From Paragordius varius (lineage: Eukaryota; Animalia; Nematomorpha), in the NCBI GenBank assembly GCA_964247055.1, contig OZ176059.1, forward strand, positions 496,001 to 560,000: a DNA stretch of 64,000 nucleotides, read 5' to 3'. The notes under the pieces were generated by a model that saw only the letters and a program-made list of their open reading frames with translations, was not told where the DNA came from and searched no databases. The position numbers were made by a program, and so were the translations under genes. Shown here one piece after another: positions 51,292-64,000 of this stretch (positions within the stretch are counted from its first letter, which is position 1; the number at the start of each line of letters is the position of its first letter).

Positions 51292-53208
51292 CTAACTTTT
51301 GAATGGTGGAACAAACATTGTTTTCATAAACCCTTTATTACACATACTAATGTAATCAATATTCAAATATATAAATGATGGTAGTAGATAATAATGAATC
51401 ATCGTGTTGATGATAATATAAATGAAGGAACAAAAGATTGAATAGTGTTTGTTGTATTGTTGTATAAAATTTTTAGCTATACGCTCTCTGCTCAAAAGGA
51501 TAACATGTGGTGTTGTACATTTTATGATATATGTGTAAAACTATTAAAAAAAAGCTATCTATATATATATTCATGTATATAATATATGATTCAATATATG
51601 ATTCAATATATGGAAAATGTAGCATGCACATGATAAAGTGTTTTTGATTATGAATTTTGAAAAGAATAAAAATGTCATTTGCAAAAAAAAATCACGATTA
51701 GGATAATGTTATATATGTATTATATCTATCAATCATATGTTAAAAGCAAACAACAATATGGATGAATAGAAGAGAGCAAATTTAGCATATATCATATATT
51801 GGTATACATAAAATTTTGATATAATCAACTAAACCCAACCAAAAACTTGAAATGATGAAAAAATATATATGTCTCTATAACTTGACAATTCACCAAATTA
51901 ATGGCGTAACAGCTTTTTTTTCGTCAATCCACATATATCAAAATATAGTTAAAGGCTCATTAAATAAAGTGATTCATTCTTTATATGTGTGGTTGATATA
52001 AATGTTTATGATAATTATGAGAAAGAAAAATGTATTATGTTTTGGGTATTATGTCGTAATTGAAAAGTCAAAATCAAATAAAACCAAAACATATAACATG
52101 GTATAGTTGGAATATCGCTACTGTAGAATATAATTATATCACCTTATGGGCATAATATATATATATATATATATATGAAATGCAATAAAAATTGGATAAG
52201 TTAAACAAAATAAAATAAATCAAGTCACAACAAAACAAAAGTGATAAAAAGGTATATCGGGAGCGAACCGCACCGCATAGCATGCTATATATATATATAT
52301 ATATATATGGAAAATTGACTATGAAATATAATGTATTTGAGATATTATATAATATAGTAATAAGGTATAAACCAAAATTTATCAAATATTCAAACATGAT
52401 ATGATATGCTGCCTTTACATTAATTTTGTATAACTATAATATTCATTTAGCAATATAAATTTATATGAAAAAAAATTGTCAAATAAAAACGTGTAACAAC
52501 CAATGTGAAAAGAAAATTGCATAGTTGCAAAAAAAGGATTTAAAAAAGTAAAAATATTCATAAGAGGCAAATATCGATAGGTAGGTAGGTATGTAAAACT
52601 CATTTAACATAGCTGTCAACAATCCATATCTGTATTTATGCTTATAATTTGATATATCACATGGGTATAAAACATTGCAAGCGCCGCATCCAATTCGCAT
52701 TCACAATCAATTCTGTCCAAGGATTTAACATTACAGTACAGTATATGTAGTATAATGTTTGCTTATTTCAAACTATAGTTGGGTAATTTGCAACACAGTT
52801 GTGTATGAAAAAAAATGATCAACGAAATGTTAATAAAATATTTCCTTTCTTTTTTCCATACCACTACTGTACTGTTGCAAATTACCCAACTATAGTGTAA
52901 AATAAGCAAATATTAAAATACAAAACGTAATGATCTATCAGACCGTTTTTATATCGTTTATATATATAATATATTATATATATATATACCATTTACAATT
53001 CGAAATTCCCCCTGAACAATGCACCCTAAAAATAAATTAAGTGTTTTCAAGCTAATATAACTCATCATTAATATAAAATATATTCGTATGGCATAGTTTT
53101 CTATTTTTTCAGTATTACATTAATTTTAGATAAACTTTCATTTTTTATTTTAAAAAACCACATAATTTATTTTAGGGTAAATTTGAATTGTTGAAGGGTG
53201 ATAATTTG

Positions 53209-53252
<44 letters not shown>

Positions 53253-53845
53253 TTTTCATACTTAAACGTTAATATATATATATATGTATATATATTTATA
53301 TTTTTAAAGATATTATAAATTCCATCAATTAACTATAAAATATATTTACGACAAAGTTGGAAATATTTAAAACCAAAAAAGATGTTAAAAATTACGTAAA
53401 TGTATATATGTTATTAAAGATTAGGTATGATTAATCAATATGTTACATGCAAATACAAAATTACCTAATATCCGCTTTTAGATTTGTTCATTATTTCTGT
53501 TATTGAGCCGTGTTTAATGAGGCCAGATAATATGTTTAATATTTCATGGCTAAATATATGTATAAAAAAATTATATATGATATATTTGAACAATAGCTAC
53601 CGCCAAAATTTTATTAAAAAAAGTATAGTTTAATAGATAAAAAATAAAGGTGGTTAAAATGGTATTTTATGGTCATATGGAGCAAATTAATAACGCATGT
53701 ATTAATATGTCAAAATTGAAATTATACCAACGTACAAAATGTAAAACTATAAAGACAAATATTTTTTTTCAAAAAACAACCAACCATACTTTTAAATCTT
53801 AATTTTTTAAAATCTAGCTATCTCATTATAATGGCAAAGTGTGAA

Positions 53846-53889
<44 letters not shown>

Positions 53890-54402
53890 GTTCCAATTAT
53901 TTACATTTTACAATTGTAGCAATATAACTTATATATAAAGGATGAATTTAGATTAAAATATTATGGATAGGGTTATCTTTTAAATATAAAAATTTGTCGT
54001 CTTTATATATTTACCGTTTTGCTACGTAGCAAAATTACAATTTTTACGCCATAAAAACAAATAACCATATATAGGGATGTAAAACAAGATATTTGTTGTT
54101 TGTTTTAACATGTAAAAACTTTAGTTGTTTTAGACTAAACGAATAACATTATATAAAAATGAATAAGGAATATATGTATATATATATATATATTTATAAA
54201 TACTTTTGTAAAATAGTTTCATGAGATACGGTAATAATATATGGACATAACAAGCTAAATAAATCATCAACATGGTTTGGCAACGAAATACGTGGAGAGA
54301 GCTGATGACTAAAATTCCCAAGCTATATACAAAAATAAGAAAATTAAAAATAGACAAATACATAATATTTACGGATAAATAAAAGGATATACTATTTACC
54401 AT
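51292..54402 (-). CDS. Possible divergent multi-pass membrane (7TM/chemoreceptor-like) gene, several exons
   Basis: Series of hydrophobic minus-strand frames (54130-54402, ~53463-53570, 52479-52700, ~52180-52290, 51292-51495). SLGILVISSLHVFRCQTMLMIYLAC loosely resembles class A GPCR TM1-TM2. Exon chain not resolved. Confidence 0.35.
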
Positions 54403-55735
54403 TCAATTTTACCCTTAACACTTCAAATTCACCCTTAAACAACTCGAATTCGCCCTTGAACCATTAAAATTCACCCTTAAACAATTTAAATTCAATCTTG
54501 AAATAAATTATGTGTTTTCGGGCGGCCAATATAACTCTAACGTCATTTATATGAAATATATGGTTTATGACCACATAGTAATTGTTTTTTGTTTTATTTA
54601 TATATTAAAACAAAAATGAAATTTTGTTTAAAAATATAGGTAAATTTTAATCAAAAAACATATAATTTTTATTTTTGGGTGAATTTGATTTGTTCAAGAG
54701 ATGGTATACTCTTTGTTTAAACCAAATAAACTAAACCATTGAGGAATAACGTTAGTGTTCATAATTTGTCAAAAATAAAATTGGGTATGTCACTAATTTA
54801 CATATCGAATTCCTTATGTCTCAGCGCCAAGAAAGTTGGGTTATAACCGGAAATAAAAACTAAGAACCGGTCAAACCACTCCTCGCCTATATAATTGATA
54901 CAGTTACAACGATGAATAAAATTAATTATTAATTTTGTATGGGTTATAATAATAAACAATCATGATGAAAATTTGTACTAAATTAATAAAATTATTATTA
55001 TAATAATATTTTTATTTTTTTGAGTACCATAATTAAACAAGTTAATTATGTTTGTTGGTCATTAATATATATATGTTCATATACAGTAAAAATTGAAAAT
55101 TATATGGACGAAACGTAACAATATAAAAAAAAATATTTTGCAAAAGACAACCATACTTTTGTAAACCGTTAACTATTTAATCACAAGAAAAAATACAGAA
55201 TTGTTTTAACAATATACATCTCTATTCATACTTTACAGTTCGAAACAATAAAAACAAGATATAAAAAGTATGGTTGTCTTTTAGAAAAAAAATATTTGCA
55301 GTTATTTATAATATATTATTCAAAGCAAAACCAAACCTTAAATTTTTGTTTTAAAACACCAGTCGATATTAACAATTGGGTAGCGGAAAGAGATCGTTGC
55401 AATTCACAAACCTATTCATAATATATATATATATATATATATAAAAGATCATTCATTTTTTATAAACAATAACACAATGATACCTTGGGACAATCGTAAG
55501 CTATTGTAGAATTGTCCTTAATTCTAGCTAATAAGCATTCAAGTAGGTACAAAAGATGTTTACAGATGACTGTAAAATTGCACGGAGATTGCACTTTATA
55601 TACATAAAAATAAAAAAATTATGATACTCTCCCCTAAAAATAAGTGTATCGAAATTTTAGAAAAATGAGTAAAATAAGTTTACATTTAAAATTTCAATTT
55701 TCACAAAACTACATTTTTGCAAAAAATATATATAT

Positions 55736-57565
55736 TTATTCGTTTTTACTTTTTTCTTTGAGCGTGGTGCATGTAAAGGCATTGATGAAATCTCTTATCA
55801 AATTTTGGTCATGACCCGTAGTAGTTAAATTATTTGTCAAGGGTATTATTGTATTGTGTTTCAAAATTACTATGGAGTAGCGTGTGTCATAAATAAAATT
55901 GTGTATATTATACATGTATATATTTACAGTAAAAAATGGAATTATACGTGAATACAAAACGTTAAAATGTTAAGGCAAATATTTTTTTTCACAAAAAAAC
56001 AACCAACCATACTTTTTAAATCTTGATGTTTTTTATATAAAACAAACTCATTGTTATAAACTCCAAAGTATATAATATTGATGTAAATTGGTAACACAAT
56101 CAATCACGTACTTTACGATTTGTTATTATATGATTTTAAGAGGATGAAGTAAGGTTTACAAAAACTTGGGGTTGTCTTTTAAAAAAATATATGTCTTTTT
56201 TTTGTCCGGATAATTGATCTTCTACAATTCTATGTTAGACTGGATTGACAGACACACGGGTGAATAAATTCAATTTCAAAAAAACTTACATTGTTGTACA
56301 AACAGGCTTGGGTAAATGATATGCGTATCACTTGGTGCAATAAAATAATGATTCGGTGGTGATATCCTGTAAATATAACATTTTTTAGTCAAACTCAACA
56401 TTATTTCAAACAAACACAGCTTTTTTTCAAGAAAATGCAACATATACAATCCTGTTTGAATGGAGAATGTTATTTTTGGATAAAAATAATATTGCGTTTG
56501 GTTAAATAAACCTTGCTTTTAATTGATTTATATATAAATATAAGTGTGTGTGTATATAAAAGAATCTTAAAATAATAATTAAAATTTGAAACAGATAGTT
56601 TTTTATTAACTTCGTGTTTTACAAAATTTATAGTTTTTGGATTATATTTAAAGCATAAAATCAAAATTTTGGAATATATATATATATATATACAACAAAA
56701 AAAGCAGCCATATAACCGAAAGATATTTTAGGTAAAATAACCGGAACAACGTAATTTAAAACTGCTTGCAAAATATTATAACCAATTTAATCCCAAAACT
56801 GTTTAAAGTGGTGGGTTTATAACAGACTGTAGAAAAAATTATATTAGGTTTAATGTTAACTTCACCCAACACCTTAGAACAAGTGAATAATAATGTTGTT
56901 ACAGTAAAAATTGTAATTAGGCGGACAAAATGTATAAATATAAGGACAAAAATTTTTTTTTAAAAAGACAACCCCATACTTTTTAAATTTTTAGTTTTTG
57001 TAAAATATTGTTCCATTGTTTACAATTGCATGCAAAGTAGAAATAGAGATGTATATTCGTAACACAATCAATTACACACTTTACAATTATGATTAAAAGG
57101 GATAAATTAAGGTTTAAAAAAGCCGAGGAGAAGTTGTCTTTTAAAATGAAAATATTTGTCCATCCGTATAATTTCAATTTTTAGAATTTTTATTAGCCAT
57201 AAATTAATATCATTACCATTTATCTTGCTTTTGGTTCATTATTTTTGTTAAGGGAGACAGGTTAGGACATGACATACATTTACGGAAGAAAAGTGAAGAG
57301 TTGTTGTGCCGCGAATTATCCCAACGCCAAAAATATGTCATCCATTTACTTGGATCATAATTGATAATTGGTGAAATGTCACCTTTTGGGCAATTAATAT
57401 TGTTGGGGTTAGAGCTATTGGCACTATTTCCTCCAATATCATCATTATTCATTCGTGGTAAAGAAGCTACTATGGTTGAAGCATGTCTCCCCTCATCAAT
57501 GGTTTGAGGAGATGATGATGATGGTATTATTGTGTTACACAATGATAAAAATTCGAGCTATATAT

Positions 57566-57605
<40 letters not shown>

Positions 57606-60600
57606 TTTACAATAAAATTTCTATCTTAAAAAATTAGAATGCAGACTCGAACAATTCAAATTCATCCTAAAAAATAAATTTAGTGTTTTGGGGCTAATAT
57701 AACTCATCATCAATATAAAATATATTCTTATGGCATAGTTTATTATTTTTTCAGTATTATATTGAATTTAAACGAATTCTATTCTATCTATAAAAATATT
57801 AAAAAAATAGTAATTTTGAATCTTAAAAAACACCTAATTTATTTTAGTGAACTGTAACTGATATATATATATATGTATATATATTTTAAGCAAGTCTATA
57901 AAAAGGAAATTGCGAATCACAAGCTAAAACAAGGTATTGTATAAGCGCCCTATATGTAAAATTTTACATGCCTTACTTTTTAATGAAGATATCATGAAAA
58001 TAACCCCGTGTTTATTTTATATATAAATGGGGATATTTACAAACAAAAAAGGATAATTAACCAATTACAGTATGCATTTTAATGGATTTCACACTATAGT
58101 TAAGCAATTCACAGCATCACAGTAGTGTATGGAAAAAAACAATAAAATGTTAATTAAACAATTATTTCCTTTCTTTTTTCACTCCTGTGTTGCGAATCGC
58201 CCTATTATATACTGTGAAATAACCATTAAAACGCATGCTGTATCTCGTGAATATCTCTGTTCAAAAACGGTCCTTAGTATAACGATACTTTTTTGTAAAA
58301 AAACAAAACCATGGTATTACCAAGTTGTAAAATATAAATTAGGCAGAAAATAGTTTGTTAAACATATATTATACCATTTCCGATTTTTTTGTAAAGAAAA
58401 ACAAATATAAAATGACATACAGTAAAAAATGGAATTATACGGACAAATTATAAAAATATAAAGATGACAAATATTTTTTTCTAAGAGACAACCATGTAAT
58501 TGTAGCTCATTATATTGTTTAAAATAATAAATTATGTGTGAAAAATTTATGTGTAAAAAAAAGTAGGATGACTTTTTATGAAAAAAATTGTCTTTTTATT
58601 TTTACCTTTTGTCCGTAGTGTATAATTTAAATTCTTATACTGTATTTGTCGGAAATATTAAAAAAAGTGTCGTAATCAAAAAAATTTCCAAAAACTTACA
58701 TCTAATATGGTTAACGGTTTTGTCAAACACGGACGAGTTAACATGCTCCCATCTTCTGCTTTGCCACTACGGAAATGTAGTATTCCATGTTGCACATTAT
58801 TACCATTTTCTCGTTTTCCAACGCGTAAAATATCATGTGTCTCATATAGAGCGACAAATACATCATACATATGGTGGTAGGGAACAATGGATTTTTTCCT
58901 GGTGTCTTCAATGTTAAATTTATTATTACAATTATTATTGTTGGTAGTACCAAGGACACCTAGGTGTGACAAAGCATTCGTGCTCAAATAAAGAGTTTTT
59001 TTCCTACTTATTGATGATGATACCTCTGGTGTAATTGGATACAACATTTCAATCTTCTTATCATACGTTTTTTCCAGCATGCTTTTATTTTTATTATTGG
59101 CGTTATTGGAAAAAACGATATCCTTACTTATATACGGGGTATTTATATTATTGTTGTTGGTGGTGTTGTCGCCAATGTTTGATATGGTAGCAGAAGCAAC
59201 TAATTTTATACATTACATTACATACATTACAAGAAATAAAATAAATTGTCATCATGATAGGATTAAGACCAGGTTAAAATTAATCTAGGGTTGGGTGGAA
59301 TTTAACAAAAATTAACCGGCATATAAATGATTGTGGACAAAACCGAGTTAAAATTATATATACACCATTTTTACGATTTAAACTCTAAAAATAATTTGTG
59401 TTTTCATGCGGCTAATATAACTCATTATTAATAGAAAATATAACTTTATGGCATAGTTTATTAGTTTTTCCGTATATGTACTGGAGAAAAGCCTACAATT
59501 ATTATAGATGGAGTAGAAATAGAAATAGTTAAACAGTTAACGTTTTTGGGCGCAATAATTTCAGAGGATGGGTCTTCAACTCCTGACATCAGAAAGATAA
59601 TAGGATTGGGTAGAGAAGCGATGACCAAATTAATAAGGATTTGGAAAAACAAAAGCGTAGAAGTTGAAACCAAAAAAAGATTACTCTACTGTTTCGTTCT
59701 CCCGGTCACCACATATGGATGTGAGAGCTGGACTCTCAGAAAAAGAGACAAAGAAAGGCTTATGGCTTTCGAAAGGAGCTGTGGCATAGGATGCTAGGAT
59801 ACACCTGGTAGGATAATTAATTAACCGGTTATAACCTTTGAGCAGGTAAACGACTAAATTATTTAGAATAACTTCTACTTAAGTATAAAATCCACTTAAA
59901 TAATACGACAAAAAAACAAACTTAACATAGGGAATATGGTAAAAATTTTATATATTAGCACATTCATTCATAACCAGTCAGACACCAGAGATTAAAAAAA
60001 TTCACGGTCAAAAACTCACCCAAACTAGTCATAGCAAAAAAAGCACAAATATCACATAACCCAAAATATAATTAGAGAAGATATACATATAATATATAAA
60101 TTTCTATATATATATACCAAAGTTATGTGATGGTGATGCGGATAGTAATACATTGCTATTATTGTCGTCAACAATAAAATTATTGAGCGATTGTGTTGGT
60201 TTAGATGATAAAGGCCACATGGTAGGATTTATGCGTGTCCTAACACTCAAAACAACGCCATTTTGGCTGTCGTGTTGTAACGATGATGAGGGTGTAGTTG
60301 TCAGGTAAGCCAATTCAAGCGTAGGGCTTAAACTGATAGCCTATAATTATAATAATACAGCAAATTACATGCATGTATTGACAAAGAAAGTATAAAAAAT
60401 CTAGGCTCACCCCTAGAGTTAATTTTCAGTTTATTTTCAATTCAGTTTAATTTTCATAAATTTCATTAAATTTAATTTAAATTCGTATAACCAACTGCAT
60501 TTAGACCAAAATTGCAAAGTTGGATATAAATATACCAAATCGATATGTGAAAACCTCAAGTAGTCAAATAGTTGTGTCGTACTGACGAGTGCTAACAAGC

Positions 60601-63600
60601 ACGAAACTAGTCTGCGATTATTGACGATGGGTTTCACATATCGTTTATAATTTCTATTTATACTTTCATTTAATTCTATTTAATTATACTTTATCGTTAT
60701 ATTACGGATTTTAACAGCTGTTATTACAAAACATAACCAATCCGTTATTTACCATTACAAAATTAAAGACATATATATTTGTGGTAAACATAATAACTGT
60801 AAAACACCTCTAATTAAAAATATAGCATATAATATATATAATATACCGAAATGACATCATTGATATTTTGTGTGAGATTTTTAATGCGTTTAAAACCGAG
60901 TAACATAGCTACCGGTATGAATCCAAAGGCATCCATATTGGAACGGAGATACAAATCCCGCACCAAATTGTTTTGACTGAAATAGTATTCACTATAAAAT
61001 AAAAAATTAAATATAGAGACAAATAATTACTTTCAAAAGAGACAACCCCATACCTTTTTAGGGGACCTAAATTTTTCCCTATAAATTATATCTCAACTGC
61101 TAAATATATATAATGGATTGATTATGTTATCAATTAACATCACTATATCATACACTTCAAGTTCAACATAATGAGTTAAATATATTCAAAACAAATCAAG
61201 CTGTTTAAAAAAATAAGGCGTTTGTTCACTTGGAGGAAAAAAAATATATGTTTGTTTTTACATTTTGCTTGTATGATTTCAATTTTTATTTAACACTTGC
61301 ATACAACAGATTCATTTCAGTCCTTCGATTCAAATTGGGGTAGATGGATAGACCAAGGCATGTTTAAAATTAAATACTTCAAAAAATATGGAAGGAATCG
61401 AATTCAAGGCAAATGTTTGCACTAATATAACACAATCTGAAATATATATAAAAAAATTCATTCAAAGACTTATTTTAAGGTAAAATCCGAAAATAATTTA
61501 GTCAACATGGCACGTGTATTAGTTAAATTACAAAATAATACAAAATAAACCACTTCTCGTATTGGATATAAAATAAAATAGCTTTAATTTTAACTTTAAA
61601 ATTAAATAATCTCGATGTATTGCGGAAATGTTGTAAAATAAAAATGGCGTCAAACTAGTTTTATAGGGAACTTTTTTTCGAAACTTAATTTTATTTAGAT
61701 ATTTCGGCTTATATATAATTTTATTAGAATAGAAGCATAAATTTAAAATAGGATCTTTTTGTTATTTAAATAATCAACTTAAATATAGACTAGGGTGTTG
61801 AGATACCCCAATTTGAATCAATGTGTTTATAGGAATGGCGTATTGATGTATATAAAACTTATATATGTAGTAGAAATGACGTAAAAGTTATAAATCCTTT
61901 ATACACCTTATTGTTGGGAAAAAAAGCTTATTTAAGGTCTTTAAAATATATATTTTTATAAACATCATACTATTATAAAGTTAATTTCCTTAAATTAAGG
62001 ATAAAAATTATAAAATGCTGTAACGTGCAAAAAAATTTATATAAAGTATGATTGAAAGCATCTAAACTAAATTGCAAAATAATGGTATGGGTGCATATAA
62101 ACTAGTATATAAATTGCAAAGTATTATATATACATTTGTTTCCTCAACAGGTCAATCAAGACGACATTAACGTTAAACATCATGTCATAGGCCGGTTGTG
62201 AGGATGGCGCTTCATTGAGGGACAAAACATAACTCGGTTGTTGATTAATGTATGGTGTGGTCAAGACTACACCATTTGATTCACCAACATTTTTACCCGT
62301 TACATTATTATTATCATTACTATCATTCAATAAATCATGTAATCTATCATTTTCTTTACCCGAAATGTTTGTTGTATCCTTAGGAGCGTTGATATCACCA
62401 ATATTATCACTTTCAGGTAATTTTTTCTCAATGATAAAACTATCATCCTTATTTAGTGTTTTGATGGGTAAATTATTATTCTTATTATTTATTAAATTTG
62501 AAGCGTTGTGAGATTGAACATCATTGTTTAGGGCACTTATGGAAAGAGGTTGATTCGCTTCAATAGTTGGTGAGTTAGCTAAATTTAAAAATAAAGGACA
62601 TTTTTCCATCATACGCAATAGATTAGGTTATGTTAGTTTATATAAAATGTAATATTTGTATATGAAAATATTCTAAAATTTAATTTACAAGCTAAAAAAA
62701 TCCATAAGCTATATTCGGCCCATTATTTTTTATCCCTTTTGAAAATACTCAATATGAGATACATAAACATGTGTTAAAATGCGAAAAGCGTAACAAAAAC
62801 ATTTTCATTGAAATATTTTGGCATGAATGTACTTTTGGTTAAATATTTACAACCAATGATAATAAATATATATATACCATTTACAGTTCAAATTCACCCT
62901 TAAACAATTCAAATTCACCCTCAAACAATTTAAATTCCCCTTCGAACAATTCAAATTCACCCTAAAATAAATTATGTGTTTTTTAAGATTTAAAATTACT
63001 TATATTTTTTTATATTTTTAACAAAAGAAACATTTTATGTAATCAAAACAATACTGAAAAAATAATAAACTTTGCCATAAAAATATATTTAACTATAATG
63101 ATGAGTTATATTAGACCGAAATTTTATAATTTATTTTTAGGGTGAATTTGAATTGTTCGAGGGTGAATTTGAATTGTTTAAAGGAGATTTTGAATTGTAA
63201 ATGGTATATATATATATATATTATTTGAAAACAAATCAAACTTGTTAATGTGGTCGTAATCAAATGCCCAAATTCGGCATTATCGTAAGGATAATGGTGA
63301 TGATGTGTAGAGGTCGATTGCTCAGGAACCGTATTATATACCACTTCATTATTCCCATTTGACAGTTGTCCTTTTTCCTTGTCTTGTACGTTGGGGACAT
63401 TTCTAACATCTAAAAGACTATTGATTGTTGAATCAACATTTGTATCCAACATATTATTGCAACCATTTTCAACATTTGTATCCAACATATGCATTTCAGT
63501 GCCGACATTTTGTTGATGGATGCTACAACTATTATTATTATCATTATTCAATAACCATTTATATACAGCAGGGTTATTGGTTAGTCCCCCATTGATACAT

Positions 63601-64000
63601 TCATTGTTTTTACTACTATTCTTCTCATTGTCATCAATGATGAAATCACATACACCAATATTTGCCATAATAACGTTCACATTTGATTGATTAGTTTTAG
63701 TAGGATTATTTACCAACAACAAGTGATTGGAATTTTTGCCAATATTGTAATCTGTTTTAGTTCCTTCGGCTACTATAGCATTATGTCGATTCCCAATGAA
63801 TGGTGTTGGTGATACATTTTGATTCGGTCCTTCCGATGCCCCCGTATAGTAAGATACCATGTTCTTATCATCATAATCACTCCTTTCAAGGCTTAGGGGA
63901 CAATAGGAGGTTGTTGATGACATTACCTGTGTTGTTAAACATTGATTACCATTTTGGTTATTGGTGCTATATGCAGTAGAAAAAGGCTGAAATTGATAAT
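55736..64000 (-). CDS. Unidentified Asn-rich protein, 3' seven exons; gene continues beyond the window
   Basis: Phase-consistent exons >64000-63242, 62578-62134, 60332-60118, 59199-58700, 57557-57217, 56366-56290 and 55869-55736. The low-complexity N-terminal part is followed by an ordered-looking C-terminal region (VPYHHMYDVFVALYETHDILR...GILHFRSGK...KPLTILD|LEFLSLC...YFWRWDN). Confidence 0.8.
59470..59815 (+). mobile_element. RTE-clade LINE fragment (RT C-terminal region)
   Basis: FLGAIISEDG...IRKIIGLGREAMTKL...TYGCESWTL is a typical RTE/BovB-like post-RT segment. It directly follows a family A MITE core. Confidence 0.85.
60541..60643 (+). ncRNA. Type I hammerhead ribozyme (HHR3), different family
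   Basis: TCGTA-CTGACGA(60582-60588)-GTGCT-aaca-AGCAC-GAAAC-TA-GTC(60610-60612)-TGCGA. Stem I continues through GTCAA/TTGAC to CGATATGTGAAA/TTTCACATATCG. Confidence 0.9.
61294..61825. mobile_element. piggyBac-like MITE (family D)
   Basis: TTAA at 61290-61293, long-spacer left end, short right end followed by TTTA. Confidence 0.8.

Overview
AT-rich, intron-rich animal genomic DNA; the lineage cannot be determined from the sequence. Genes: the 3' end of a serpin (+), a tandem BTB-BTB-BACK gene (+), an 18-exon ERCC6/CSB gene (+, 23586-48165), a possible divergent 7TM gene (-), and a long Asn-rich gene of unknown family (-) that runs off the right edge. Introns and intergenic DNA are tiled by non-autonomous transposons: several TA-flanked MITE families, TTAA-flanked piggyBac-like MITEs, hAT elements, a foldback PIF/Harbinger, and two RTE LINE fragments. 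The standout result is three intact-looking type I hammerhead ribozymes (cores near 32019, 47053 and 60582), each inside a ~90-100 nt hairpin. Two are related, belong to a ~330-375 bp Penelope/retrozyme-like family and lie sense within ERCC6 introns. One of these is flanked by a 25-26 bp direct repeat, and its empty insertion site survives in the opposite arm of the foldback Harbinger. All structures and splice models were read by eye; none is computationally or experimentally confirmed.
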